Below are positions 18,203-27,277 of a stretch of 59,654 bases of DNA, piece after piece. The stretch's first letter is position 1, and each line of letters starts with the position of its first letter. The stretch comes from an uncultured Candidatus Saccharibacteria bacterium (lineage in GTDB: Bacteria > Patescibacteriota > Minisyncoccia > Phycocordibacterales > UBA5272). The notes below the pieces were generated by a model, which was not told where the DNA came from, ran no database searches, and saw nothing but the letters and a program-made list of their open reading frames with translations. A program made the position numbers and the translations under genes. The DNA lies in assembly GCA_964510805.1 (NCBI GenBank), contig CAZEDG010000004.1, positions 1-59,654 of the forward strand, given 5' to 3'.

Positions 18203-19057
18203 ATGAGCTCAGTTTCCGTTAAGGACCTTTTCGGTGGGGCCGTCAATGTCGGTGATTTGTCGACACAAGCAATGCAACTTGTAACGGTTCCTGATGTTGG
18301 TAATCAGATTCAAGCTGGTCTTGGTATCTCAGTTGATGATGTGACCGCATCTGATGGGGTTACTCTCGTCGGTACTCTGATTGATGATTCTGGTTCTATT
18401 CGTAGTGCGGGTAATTCCCAAGTGGTGCGTGATGGTCACAATCTTGTGATTGATTCACTTGGTGCATCTAAGCAGAAGGATAGCATCCTTGCGCAGTGCA
18501 TGTACTTGAATGGCCACCAACATTATCCGTTTGTGATGTTGGATCAGACTGTTCCTATGACTGTGCAGAACTATAATCCGAACAAAGGCACCCCACTCTA
18601 TGATCAGTCCATCGTTTTTCTCGGGCTTCAGCTTGCAAAGGCACAGGAGTTCCTTGATAACGGAGTTGCTGTTCGTACGGTCGGTGCAATCATTACTGAC
18701 GGTGCTGATGTACATTCTGCAAAGACTGCTTCTGATGTGCGCAAGATTGTCGAAGATATGGTTAGGAGTGAGCGCCATATCGTGCTCTTCATGGGCATTG
18801 ATGATCAGTACACTGACTTTTATGAAGTTGCAAGTGGCTGGACCAAGGCTGAGGTAGAGCAGATGAAACAAGCTGACACGCTATCATCTGCAAAAGCAAA
18901 AGGGGGTATGGGTATTCCTCCGGCTTGGGTGCTCAATCCAGGTAATACGCAAAGTGAGATCCGCAAAGCGTTCGCGCTTGTCTCTCAATCCGCGGTACGC
19001 GCTTCGCAAGGGGGCAAAGCCTTCTCGCAAGTTGCAACTGGCGGGTTTGGTGGGTAG
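18203..19057 (+). CDS. von Willebrand factor A (vWA) domain protein.
   Basis: MIDAS motif DDSGS and the downstream TDG motif (ITDGAD). Confidence 0.55.
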   Translation: MSSVSVKDLFGGAVNVGDLSTQAMQLVTVPDVGNQIQAGLGISVDDVTASDGVTLVGTLIDDSGSIRSAGNSQVVRDGHNLVIDSLGASKQKDSILAQCMYLNGHQHYPFVMLDQTVPMTVQNYNPNKGTPLYDQSIVFLGLQLAKAQEFLDNGVAVRTVGAIITDGADVHSAKTASDVRKIVEDMVRSERHIVLFMGIDDQYTDFYEVASGWTKAEVEQMKQADTLSSAKAKGGMGIPPAWVLNPGNTQSEIRKAFALVSQSAVRASQGGKAFSQVATGGFGG

Positions 19058-19115
19058 TAAGTAAACTGAGTTGTTCTTTTATACGTAGATAAAGACAAAT
19101 ACGTCCCTCTACGCA

Positions 19116-19162
19116 AGCCTCTTAGATACATCTTCGGATGATTTTGTAAGAGGCTTTTTTGT
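19116..19162 (+). terminator. Intrinsic terminator.
   Basis: AAGCCTCTTA...TAAGAGGCTT plus a T-tract. Confidence 0.6.
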
Positions 19163-19251
19163 TTGATTGGTTTTTTGTACAAGAAGTCTACAAAACTCCT
19201 TATAAAACAAGCTTTTTTGTGGAAACTGTGGATAAGGCTTGCATTCTTTTT

Positions 19252-19280
19252 TTAATTAGTGTATAATATACACATATTAA
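19252..19280. promoter_or_regulatory. Palindrome TTAATTAGTGTATAATATACACATATTAA overlapping a TATAAT -10, upstream of nadE. It shares the TTAGTGTA/TACAC half-site with the 14.1-kb sites.
   Basis: Read directly from the sequence. Confidence 0.5.
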
Positions 19281-19296
19281 TATAACATCATCACCT

Positions 19297-21147
19297 ATGA
19301 ACACTTACCCACGCATCACTATCGCTCAACTAGAAGTTAAGCCTCTTGATATTGAAGGTAATCTTAAGCGAATGTTTTCTTGTATACAAAAAGCAAAAGA
19401 TGATCATTCGGAAATCGTTATCTTTCCTGAACTCTGTATTTCTGGGTATCTTCTTGGTGATCGTTTTGAATACGAAGATTTGCTTATGACGCTACGAGAT
19501 GCAAATGAGCGAGTGCGAGAAGCAAGTACTGACATTGTAATTATTTGGGGAAATATTGTTTGTGATGAGAATACAATTGGAGAAGATGGTCGTATGCGTA
19601 AGTATAATGCGGTGTGTATCGCAGAGAACGGACAGTATGTAAGTAACGGTGTTCTTAGTGGGTATATGCCTAAGACACATCTTCCTAAGTATAGAATTTT
19701 TGATGATGCGAGACACTTTTATCCTGCATATAAGTTGGCACAAGAAATGGGGCTTTCTTATGAAAAATTTTTTAGACCATTTTGTATTACAAGAAAAGAT
19801 GGAAGTGTGTATTCATTAGCACTTACCGTGTGTGAGGATATGTGGGAAGATGAGTACCAGATTTCTCTTGCAACTATGTACGCACAAGCACATGTAGATC
19901 TTCTTATCGATATCTCAGCATCTCCATGGACTCTTGGAAAATGGCATGCTCGCGAAACAATGCTTACAAAAAGAAGTAAGACTATAGGTGTTCCTCTTGT
20001 GTATGTGAATTGTGTTGGGCTTCAGAATAATGGCAAGAATCTCGTGCTCTTCGATGGTGCGTCAGTGATTGTTACCGGAGAAGGTGAGTTTGCATATCGT
20101 GCGAAGTTGTATGACCCTACTTGTGATACTATTGATTGTGATCCTTCATGTAAGCTACTTACTCCTTATGTAAGAAAAAGTGAGATAGAGGAGCTTCATG
20201 ATTCTCTTATTCAAGGAATTAAAATTTTTTATACTCCTTTTCAAAAAATCATCATCGGGCTTTCTGGCGGTATTGATTCTGCACTTATGCTTGCTCTCTT
20301 GGTTCGGGCACTTGGAAGTGAAAAGATTCTTGCGATTAATATGCCGACAAGATGGAATTCTGTAACCACAAAACGCCTTGCAGAAGAATGTGCTAAGCGG
20401 TGTGGTGTTGCCTATCAAGTTGTTCCAATTGAAGGATTGTATGAAGAGCAAGTGAGGCTCCTTACAGCAAGTGGTGTACAGGAAGTTACTACTCTTACCA
20501 AAGAAAATATACAAGCACGTCTTCGTGGGTCTGTACTTGCAACATTTGCTTCACAGTATCAAGGAGTCTTTACTTGTAATGGCAATAAGACAGAAGTCGC
20601 AATGAACTATTTTACACTCTATGGCGATGGGGCAGGAGCGTCTGCATTCCTTGGGGATCTTTGGAAAGGACAAGTGTATGCTCTTGCGCGATATATCAAC
20701 AGCAAGTCACAAGTTTCTCTTATTCCAGAAGGAATACTTACTATCGTTCCAAGCGCAGAACTATCTGACGCACAGAACGTAGACGAAGGAAAAGGTGATC
20801 CAATTGTGTATGAATTTCATGATGCCCTTCTTAAGGCGTTTTGTGAGACAAGGCTTGGTGTGAAGACATTACTTAAGCTGTATCTTCGTGGTGATTTTTG
20901 GAAAACAATAGGACTTGCTTCTGGTTCTTTTGAAACGTATTTTAGAACTAAGCAAGCATTTGTAGACGCGATTCTCCATGCATGGAATGCATACAACACT
21001 GAGTACAAGCGGGTACAACTCCCTCCTGTATTCCTTACATCAAGACGTGCATTTGGTTTTGACAGAAGAGATACTATCGCTACTTCAGTCATTGATAGTG
21101 AAACAAAATCTCTTGTAGAATCAATCCTCTCAGAATCTTCACCTTAG
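19297..21147 (+). CDS. nadE: Glutamine-dependent NAD+ synthetase (nitrilase domain plus NAD synthetase domain).
   Basis: N-terminal CN-hydrolase (FPELCISGY) and C-terminal SGGIDS PP-loop. Confidence 0.85.
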   Translation: MNTYPRITIAQLEVKPLDIEGNLKRMFSCIQKAKDDHSEIVIFPELCISGYLLGDRFEYEDLLMTLRDANERVREASTDIVIIWGNIVCDENTIGEDGRMRKYNAVCIAENGQYVSNGVLSGYMPKTHLPKYRIFDDARHFYPAYKLAQEMGLSYEKFFRPFCITRKDGSVYSLALTVCEDMWEDEYQISLATMYAQAHVDLLIDISASPWTLGKWHARETMLTKRSKTIGVPLVYVNCVGLQNNGKNLVLFDGASVIVTGEGEFAYRAKLYDPTCDTIDCDPSCKLLTPYVRKSEIEELHDSLIQGIKIFYTPFQKIIIGLSGGIDSALMLALLVRALGSEKILAINMPTRWNSVTTKRLAEECAKRCGVAYQVVPIEGLYEEQVRLLTASGVQEVTTLTKENIQARLRGSVLATFASQYQGVFTCNGNKTEVAMNYFTLYGDGAGASAFLGDLWKGQVYALARYINSKSQVSLIPEGILTIVPSAELSDAQNVDEGKGDPIVYEFHDALLKAFCETRLGVKTLLKLYLRGDFWKTIGLASGSFETYFRTKQAFVDAILHAWNAYNTEYKRVQLPPVFLTSRRAFGFDRRDTIATSVIDSETKSLVESILSESSP

Positions 21148-21206
21148 AGGAAGATTCTGAGAAGAAAGTGTTGTTCTTTGTTACAAATCGCCTAAAGGAG
21201 GCACAT

Positions 21207-22520
21207 ATGGACACGAATCTGCGCGCGCTCGTCGAAGAAGTGAAGAACTCTGTCTTCGGTAGCACGTTTGTTCCGCCAGTTCAAAGTCTCATGGAGAATG
21301 ACTTCTATAAGTTCACCATGGGACAATGGATTCATAAGTATTATCCGGATGTTGTGGTTACCTTCAAGGTGATCATTCGTGATAAGAAGGTGCGACTGTT
21401 TGAGTTCGTTGATCGTGAAGATCTTGAGCGGGCATTTGATCATCTTCGGTCGCTTCGGTTCCGTCGTACTGATCTTTATTACTTGCGTGGTATTGATCTC
21501 TATGAAAAGTACATGTTCAAGGAAGAGTTTTTGCAATTCCTTTGGAACTTCCAACTTCCTCCGTATCAGATTACTCAATCAGACGGTGTCACTGAGATTT
21601 CGTTCACGGGTAAGTGGTGCGAGGTGAGTCAATGGGAGACGCTTGCGCTTCCTCTCATCATGGAACTGTACTATCGTGGCGTGATGAAGAGACTCTCTTC
21701 TTTCGCAATTGATTCTTTGTTTGAAGTTCTTGACCATAGACTTGTATCTAATCTTTACCGCATTCGTAATTTTTCTTCACCAATTACATTTGCCGACTTC
21801 TCGCTTCGTCGTAGGTTCTTGCATCTGTGGCAAAAGCATGCCGTCAAGACCGCGGTTAAGGTTCTTGGAAACAAATTTGTTGGTACATCCAACACGTGGA
21901 TGGCCTTCAATCAAGATCTTGTTCCGATCGGCACAAATGCTCATGAGATGCCAATGGTTGCTGTTGCTCTGCAGAATCATCCAGATGACATGATCTCTAC
22001 CCAGTATGACATTCTTCGGAAGTGGGAAGAGATGTACGGACAAGCTATGCGCATCATGCTTCCTGATACCTACGGGTCAGAACAGTTCTATCGTAATGCG
22101 CCAGAATTCTTGAAGAATTGGCGTGGACAGCGTCAGGACTCAGGTGATCCAATCGTAGAAGGTGAGCGTTACAAGGCATGGCTTAGGTCGCATGGCATTG
22201 ATCCGAAGACTAAGATCTCCATCTTTTCTGATGGGCTTAATGTTCCTGAGATGGAGAGGCTTGCGTCACATTTCAATGGCAATCATCTCTATACTTTTGG
22301 GTGGGGAACTCTCTTCGCAAATGATACAGAGGGGGTTGTCCCTGGCAACGAAGACATGCGTCCCTTCTCGATTGTATGCAAAGTCGTAGGAGCAAATGGT
22401 CGCCCTTGTGTGAAGCTCTCTAACAATCCGAATAAGGCGACTGGTCCAAAAGAAGAGATTGATCGTTACATGAAGATCTTCCACCCGGAAGGGCTTGTTG
22501 CAAGCGACGTGGTGGTCTAA
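21207..22520 (+). CDS. pncB: Nicotinate phosphoribosyltransferase.
   Basis: DFYKFTMGQ motif. AAGGAGG directly precedes the ATG at 21207. Confidence 0.8.
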   Translation: MDTNLRALVEEVKNSVFGSTFVPPVQSLMENDFYKFTMGQWIHKYYPDVVVTFKVIIRDKKVRLFEFVDREDLERAFDHLRSLRFRRTDLYYLRGIDLYEKYMFKEEFLQFLWNFQLPPYQITQSDGVTEISFTGKWCEVSQWETLALPLIMELYYRGVMKRLSSFAIDSLFEVLDHRLVSNLYRIRNFSSPITFADFSLRRRFLHLWQKHAVKTAVKVLGNKFVGTSNTWMAFNQDLVPIGTNAHEMPMVAVALQNHPDDMISTQYDILRKWEEMYGQAMRIMLPDTYGSEQFYRNAPEFLKNWRGQRQDSGDPIVEGERYKAWLRSHGIDPKTKISIFSDGLNVPEMERLASHFNGNHLYTFGWGTLFANDTEGVVPGNEDMRPFSIVCKVVGANGRPCVKLSNNPNKATGPKEEIDRYMKIFHPEGLVASDVVV

Positions 22521-22531
22521 CCACTATCTCT

Positions 22532-22566
22532 CTGGCGAAGTGTTGTATTACTTCGCCAGTTTTATA
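22532..22566 (+). terminator. Intrinsic terminator.
   Basis: CTGGCGAAG...CTTCGCCAG plus a T-tract. Confidence 0.7.
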
Positions 22567-22651
22567 AAGCATAAAAGTAGTATACTTTCCAAAAATTGCA
22601 TGGAAAGACTTGTATGTTTTTAAAACTCTTATTATTTTTTACTTTTAACAT

Positions 22652-23599
22652 ATGAAAAAAATCGGTGTCATCGTAGCAAGGTTCCAAGTTCCTTCTCTTC
22701 ATGAGGGACATCTTCATTTACTCACTTCTACTGCTCGTGAAGTTGATGTGCTTATTGTTGTGCTTGGGTATAAGGTTAATCAACCGGACAGCAAGAACCC
22801 TCTTTCCCTTTCTGTAAGAACTGCTATGGTGAAGCAAGCTTTTAAAAAACATTGTAATCCAAATGCTAAGCTCATAGTTCTTTCTCTTCAAGATCATCCT
22901 TTATCTAATGAAGCATGGTCACAAGAACTTGATCTTCTTATCGGAGAGGAGGTTGTGCGACTAGAGCAAGAGACACAAGAAACTTTTGCTGTTTGTCTAT
23001 ACGGGTCACGTGACAGCTTCATACGATATTATCATGGGCTTTATCAGCATCAAGTAATTGATGAAATAGAAGCAATTTCTGGTACAAAGGTACGTGAGCA
23101 AGTGAAGTCTCGTGATCCAGAATCATTTGGTGATCAGGAACGAGAAGGTATGGTGTATGCACTTACAACACTCTACAAGACAGGGATGGCTGTTGTTGAT
23201 ATTGCGGTATACAAAGAAGAGTACGGAGAAAAATACGTACTCCTTGGTCGCAAAAAGAGAGAGACGCAATATAGATTTATTGGTGGATTCTTTGATCCAG
23301 AAGTAGATAACTCCCTTGAAGATTCTGCGTTACGAGAACTTAGAGAAGAAGCTGGAGATGATCTTGTTGTTGATTCACTTAGCTATTGCATGAGTCATAA
23401 GATTGACGATTGGCGTTATAGAGATAATGATCACAAGATTGTGAGTGCACTTTTTTTGGCTAAGTATAGACATGGCGAAGTTACTCCGCTTGATGATATC
23501 GAGGCACTTGCTTGGCATAAGCTAACGCATGAGTTACCAGAGAAGGTGGTAGCTAATCATAGACTTTTTGCAGAGAAGATAGCGGGGATGCTTTTGTAG
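22652..23599 (+). CDS. nadM: Bifunctional NMN/NaMN adenylyltransferase (NadM-type) fused to a C-terminal Nudix hydrolase.
   Basis: N-terminal (H/T)xGH nucleotidyltransferase motif FQVPSLHEGH. C-terminal Nudix box GGFFDPEVDNSLEDSALRELREEAG. Confidence 0.7.
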   Translation: MKKIGVIVARFQVPSLHEGHLHLLTSTAREVDVLIVVLGYKVNQPDSKNPLSLSVRTAMVKQAFKKHCNPNAKLIVLSLQDHPLSNEAWSQELDLLIGEEVVRLEQETQETFAVCLYGSRDSFIRYYHGLYQHQVIDEIEAISGTKVREQVKSRDPESFGDQEREGMVYALTTLYKTGMAVVDIAVYKEEYGEKYVLLGRKKRETQYRFIGGFFDPEVDNSLEDSALRELREEAGDDLVVDSLSYCMSHKIDDWRYRDNDHKIVSALFLAKYRHGEVTPLDDIEALAWHKLTHELPEKVVANHRLFAEKIAGMLL

Positions 23600-23831
23600 C
23601 TGTCTTTAGTTATTCTTGTGCCAAGAAAGCATCAGAACTCAATCCAATTGAGGCGCTGAGGTATGAGTAGGGAAAAGAAGGAAGAATGAGGAGTGAGGAA
23701 TGAAGGGGATAAGATTAACTAAACCAAGAAAGAAAGTGTGTAAATATGAAGGAAAAAATTAAATATTTTTTGACTTAGTTACCAACATATTGTAGTATCA
23801 TGTGAGTTGTTTTTTAGAAAGGATTTTGATC

Positions 23832-24725
23832 ATGAACGCAAAGTATCTTATTGCGTTTGCTCTTGTTTTCTTGTTTGCTTGCACACAAGAAGCTCCAGCA
23901 TCGCAGAAGGTGGAACAGGGAGATAAGGATCCATGTCCTTATACCTACATGTCTTGGAATTTGCTTAACTTTGGTAAGTCTAAGTCAGATGACGCACTTC
24001 GTGTCATGGCAAAAGTGCTCGCACCTTCAGATGTTATTGGAGTACAAGAAGTAAATGCTGGTAAGGAGTATGGTGCTCAAGCGATTGCAAAGCTTGTTGG
24101 GTATATGAACGAAGAAGCAAGTAAGCTTCCTGATAAAAAGAAGCACGTAGGTTTCGACTACGTTGTATCTAACCCGACAATGCCACGTAACACTGAGACT
24201 GAGCGGTATGCTTTCATCATAAGAAAAGGACTTACTTTTTCTCGTGATAGTGCTACACTCGTTACTTCGATTGAAAAGAGTGTAAGTAGGGAGCCATATG
24301 CAGTTACTGTTTCTTTTGAAGAGAAATCAGTTACATTCTTCACATTCCATGCAGTACCTTCTAACAAGGCTCCACTCGAAGAAGTGAGGCGACTTACGGA
24401 AGCACAAGAAATTACGTCTCCCTCACATGCAATTTTTTCTGGAGATTTCAATATTCAAGCAGGGAAGATTAATGATCTTTTTGCTAGTATGGGTTATGGT
24501 TATGATGTGGTCAACACAAGAACAACATTACGAAAAGAGTACTCAGCGAATCGCGGATATTTGTTCCAAGAATTTGACCACATCTTTCCAAAAGGGGTGA
24601 AGGTGTGTAAGAGTGGTGCTGTTGATTTCGTCAACGACTACTTCAGAAAAGATGGTAACGTTGATGTGGTCGGTGCACACAAGGTGAGTGATCATCTCCC
24701 TGTTTTTGTTCGTTTTGGTTTTTGA
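23832..24725 (+). CDS. Secreted or lipoprotein endonuclease/exonuclease/phosphatase (EEP) family protein.
   Basis: Lipobox LFAC after a signal peptide. Catalytic motifs of the EEP type (SWNLLNFG, GDFN, SDHLPV). RBS AAAGGA. Confidence 0.6.
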   Translation: MNAKYLIAFALVFLFACTQEAPASQKVEQGDKDPCPYTYMSWNLLNFGKSKSDDALRVMAKVLAPSDVIGVQEVNAGKEYGAQAIAKLVGYMNEEASKLPDKKKHVGFDYVVSNPTMPRNTETERYAFIIRKGLTFSRDSATLVTSIEKSVSREPYAVTVSFEEKSVTFFTFHAVPSNKAPLEEVRRLTEAQEITSPSHAIFSGDFNIQAGKINDLFASMGYGYDVVNTRTTLRKEYSANRGYLFQEFDHIFPKGVKVCKSGAVDFVNDYFRKDGNVDVVGAHKVSDHLPVFVRFGF

Positions 24726-24839
24726 TTTTTTTGCCCTAGGCAAGTGATGGAAGCGCGCTCTATGAGTTACGCTTTCTTTTTTTGTAGAGCTGGCTGTATA
24801 CTAGGTTGCAGTACGTACTTTTTTGGAAGAGAGGTTGTC

Positions 24840-24965
24840 ATGTTCAATCCGTATCTTCTCTTGTGTATGCTTATGAGGCCTTATCTGGTTCTTTTCGCAG
24901 GTTCTCTTGTTCTTGTACTTCCTGTAGAGAGTAAACGCTCTTCGGGTAAGCAAAGGAATTCATAA
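24840..24965 (+). CDS. Candidate 41-aa hydrophobic small membrane peptide.
   Basis: GAGAGG RBS 6 nt upstream of the ATG at 24840, a -10-like TGTATACT near 24795, and a terminator at 24978-25020. Confidence 0.3.
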   Translation: MFNPYLLLCMLMRPYLVLFAGSLVLVLPVESKRSSGKQRNS

Positions 24966-24977
24966 GCAAAAAAAACT

Positions 24978-25020
24978 GCAAGCAACCTTTAATAGTGCTT
25001 GCGGTTTTGCTTTTTGTTTT
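24978..25020 (+). terminator. Intrinsic terminator.
   Basis: GCAAGCA...TGCTTGC followed by a long T-rich tract. Confidence 0.5.
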
Positions 25021-25042
25021 TCTGCTATACACTATAGAGCGT

Positions 25043-25639
25043 ATGCATTCTTATCGAATCGGTATTGATGAAGTTGGTCGTGGTCCTATCGCTGGACCTC
25101 TTGTGGTGTGTGCGTGTGCAGTGAGAGATGATGTCGATATCTTGGATCTTTTCCCAAAGAGAATTCTTAAGGATAGTAAGAAGCTTACCGAAAAGAACCG
25201 TGAAGCAATTATTACTTCACTTGCTGATTTTACAAAAGAAAAGAAAATTCTCTTTGGTATAGGTGAGATTTCAAGTGAGCGTCTTGATGAAATCGGCCTT
25301 ACACCTGCCATCAATGAAGCTATCAAACATGCACTTACTGTTCTTCATAGTAAGGATGTAAGTCCGCATTCATTTGTTTTTCTTGATGGGGCACTTCATG
25401 CTCCAGAAACCTATTCGCAGGAGACGGTGATTAAAGGAGATGAAAAGATCGGAGAGATTGCGCTTGCCTCAATTATTGCTAAGTCATATCGTGACATGTT
25501 CATGAAGACAATGCATGAGGTCTATCCGCTGTATGGTTTTGATTCTCATGTTGGCTATGGTACCAAGGCTCACTATGAAGCGATACATAAGCATGGGCTT
25601 ACCCCGCTTCATAGAAGAAGTTTTTTGAAAAAAATGTAA
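25043..25639 (+). CDS. rnhB: Ribonuclease HII.
   Basis: IGIDEVGRGPIAGPLV N-terminal catalytic motif. The preferred start is the ATG at 25043. Confidence 0.85.
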   Translation: MHSYRIGIDEVGRGPIAGPLVVCACAVRDDVDILDLFPKRILKDSKKLTEKNREAIITSLADFTKEKKILFGIGEISSERLDEIGLTPAINEAIKHALTVLHSKDVSPHSFVFLDGALHAPETYSQETVIKGDEKIGEIALASIIAKSYRDMFMKTMHEVYPLYGFDSHVGYGTKAHYEAIHKHGLTPLHRRSFLKKM

Positions 25640-25680
25640 AATGGTAATTCGTTATTGGTTATTCGTAATTAGCGGTTATA

Positions 25681-25802
25681 GATTTTAGACGTTAGACTTT
25701 AGATAATAGAGAATACAGAGAACGACACCGAAGGTGTCGTTCTTGTGTTGTATTTTTATCTAGAGTCTAAAGTCTAACGTCTAATATCTAGCTTCTAAAA
25801 TC
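25681..25802. repeat. Palindromic intergenic element (family B) with arms containing TAGACGTTAGAC/GTCTAACGTCTA around the terminator hairpin GAACGACACC-gaag-GGTGTCGTTC.
   Basis: Inverted repeats read from the sequence. Related copies lie at 36186-36304 and 36875-37026. Confidence 0.6.
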
Positions 25803-25839
25803 TGCTATACTGAGTACACACAACAAAACACAAAATCAT

Positions 25840-26223
25840 ATGTCGAGTATTTTTTCAAAAATTGCATCCCGTGAGATACCTGGGTACTTTGTGTACGAAG
25901 ATGATACAGTCTTTGCAATTCTCGATATTAATCCGATGCAAAAAGGGCACACCCTCGTAATTCCTAAACAAGAAGTTGATAAACTTTTTCATCTTGATGA
26001 CGAAACCTACACACATTTGATGCAGGTGGCAAAAAAACTTGCTCTTCATATGGAAGAGAAGCTTGGGTGCACGCGTGTCTGTGTTGTTGTCGAAGGGTAT
26101 GCTGTTCCTCATGCTCATGTACATCTTATTCCTACGAATCATCCAGATGATTTCGACAAGCGAAATGTGTATCAGGCAAGTAAAGAAGAACTAGAGGAGG
26201 TATATACTCTTCTCACCGCATAA
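25840..26223 (+). CDS. HIT-family nucleotide hydrolase.
   Basis: Histidine triad HAHVHLIP. Confidence 0.8.
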   Translation: MSSIFSKIASREIPGYFVYEDDTVFAILDINPMQKGHTLVIPKQEVDKLFHLDDETYTHLMQVAKKLALHMEEKLGCTRVCVVVEGYAVPHAHVHLIPTNHPDDFDKRNVYQASKEELEEVYTLLTA

Positions 26224-26237
26224 ATTTTATTACATGT

Positions 26238-26594
26238 ATGTTGCGTCATCTTCTTATACGAACAACAGCAATTCTTATCGCAAGCTATCTTACTAAGGTT
26301 GGTGTACCTCTTGTCTTTGACACTTCGAATCAAGCCTTTCAGACTTTTGGTACAGCTTTTTTTGTATACTTTGGGCTTGCGCTACTTAATCACACCATTA
26401 AGCCAATTCTCGTACTTATTTCTATTCCTATCAACGCCGTAACGTTTGGGCTATTCTCAGTAGTGATTAATACGCTTATGGTGCTTATTGTAAGTCACAT
26501 AGTGAGTGGCTTCATGCTTCCTTCTATTCCAATGGCAATGTTCTTCGCAGTGGTACTCGCTACAGTGAATTGGTTGCTCCATGTGCTTGACTAG
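26238..26594 (+). CDS. Small polytopic membrane protein (YvlD / phage-holin-4-like family).
   Basis: 118 aa with about four TM helices. Confidence 0.45.
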   Translation: MLRHLLIRTTAILIASYLTKVGVPLVFDTSNQAFQTFGTAFFVYFGLALLNHTIKPILVLISIPINAVTFGLFSVVINTLMVLIVSHIVSGFMLPSIPMAMFFAVVLATVNWLLHVLD

Positions 26595-26658
26595 GATATC
26601 TTTGTGTATTAGTATGCAATATTGGTGTTTCAACTTACTTTGATCAAAGGAGATTGTC

Positions 26659-27204
26659 ATGCGTCGTGTTGTCCAAGTGTACGAGCTTCCAATTGAGAAG
26701 GTTGGTTCTTTCATAGAGTTTTTTTCTGGTGAAATTTTTGAAAACGATGAACAAGCTGGCTTATTTATTACAGAAAATGATAAGCCTGGTTATGTTCAGG
26801 TTGAATTACATGCGGAAGCCGATATTCGAACTGTCTCTAGTCTTCATATAAGAGCGAGGCATGGATGGTGGATTGATTTCGCTCAATATGTCAAGAACAG
26901 CGCAATCCCTGATAATGCGGTGTATGTACTGTCAGATTCTTTGATTGCTCCGTTCCTCGAAAGATTCAAGGATTCTGAACTTTCCAGGGTTGCAAGGGTT
27001 GAGGTGTTACCTATTCCTAACACCAACAGTTTTGAAGTTTTGGTGAGTGCACAATCATTCGCTTCCTTTTTGTTAGAAAAATCAGTTACAGGTGGCATGC
27101 TTTCCGTCTATAAAGAGTCCCTTCGGTATCTTTTTGTTGGGAACAAACGTTATCTTGTTTCTGATGGTAAGTTTTCCGAAGCTAATTACGAAGAAAAACT
27201 TTGA
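26659..27204 (+). CDS. Hypothetical 181-aa protein.
   Basis: AAAGGAG RBS and a terminator downstream. Confidence 0.5.
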   Translation: MRRVVQVYELPIEKVGSFIEFFSGEIFENDEQAGLFITENDKPGYVQVELHAEADIRTVSSLHIRARHGWWIDFAQYVKNSAIPDNAVYVLSDSLIAPFLERFKDSELSRVARVEVLPIPNTNSFEVLVSAQSFASFLLEKSVTGGMLSVYKESLRYLFVGNKRYLVSDGKFSEANYEEKL

Positions 27205-27215
27205 AACAGTGTAGC

Positions 27216-27245
27216 AAAGCGCGACCGCGGGTCGCGCTTTCTCTA
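27216..27245. terminator. Bidirectional terminator between convergent genes.
   Basis: AAAGCGCGAC...GTCGCGCTTT. Confidence 0.65.
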
Positions 27246-27277
27246 TATTGATACTTGTTTATTGATACTTTTTTGCT

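Noticed and set aside
19082-19115. CTCTACGCA and CGTAGAT, copies of the tRNA-Tyr acceptor 9-mer and 6-mer, near the terminator after the vWA gene.
   Set aside because: A single 9-mer match is expected by chance about once in two strands of 60 kb, and there is no flanking similarity to the tRNA.
19227-19235. The DnaA-box reverse complement TGTGGATAA upstream of nadE, and the single TTATCCACA at 57881.
   Set aside because: They are isolated single 9-mers. A replication origin needs clustered boxes plus context (dnaA/dnaN, a skew switch), none of which is visible here. They are treated as chance or regulatory, not oriC.
23658-23715. A purine-rich GA tract (gaggtatgagtagggaaaagaaggaagaatgaggagtgaggaatgaaggggataag) upstream of the EEP nuclease gene.
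   Set aside because: It is low-complexity, with no repeat periodicity or pairing partner. It is possibly just an A/G-rich leader, and no specific function is inferable.
24744-24965. The 73-aa ORF called in the six-frame track.
   Set aside because: Its first 32 codons lie upstream of the putative -10 element and have no RBS. Only the internal 41-codon segment, with the GAGAGG RBS, is plausible, and that segment is reported separately with low confidence.
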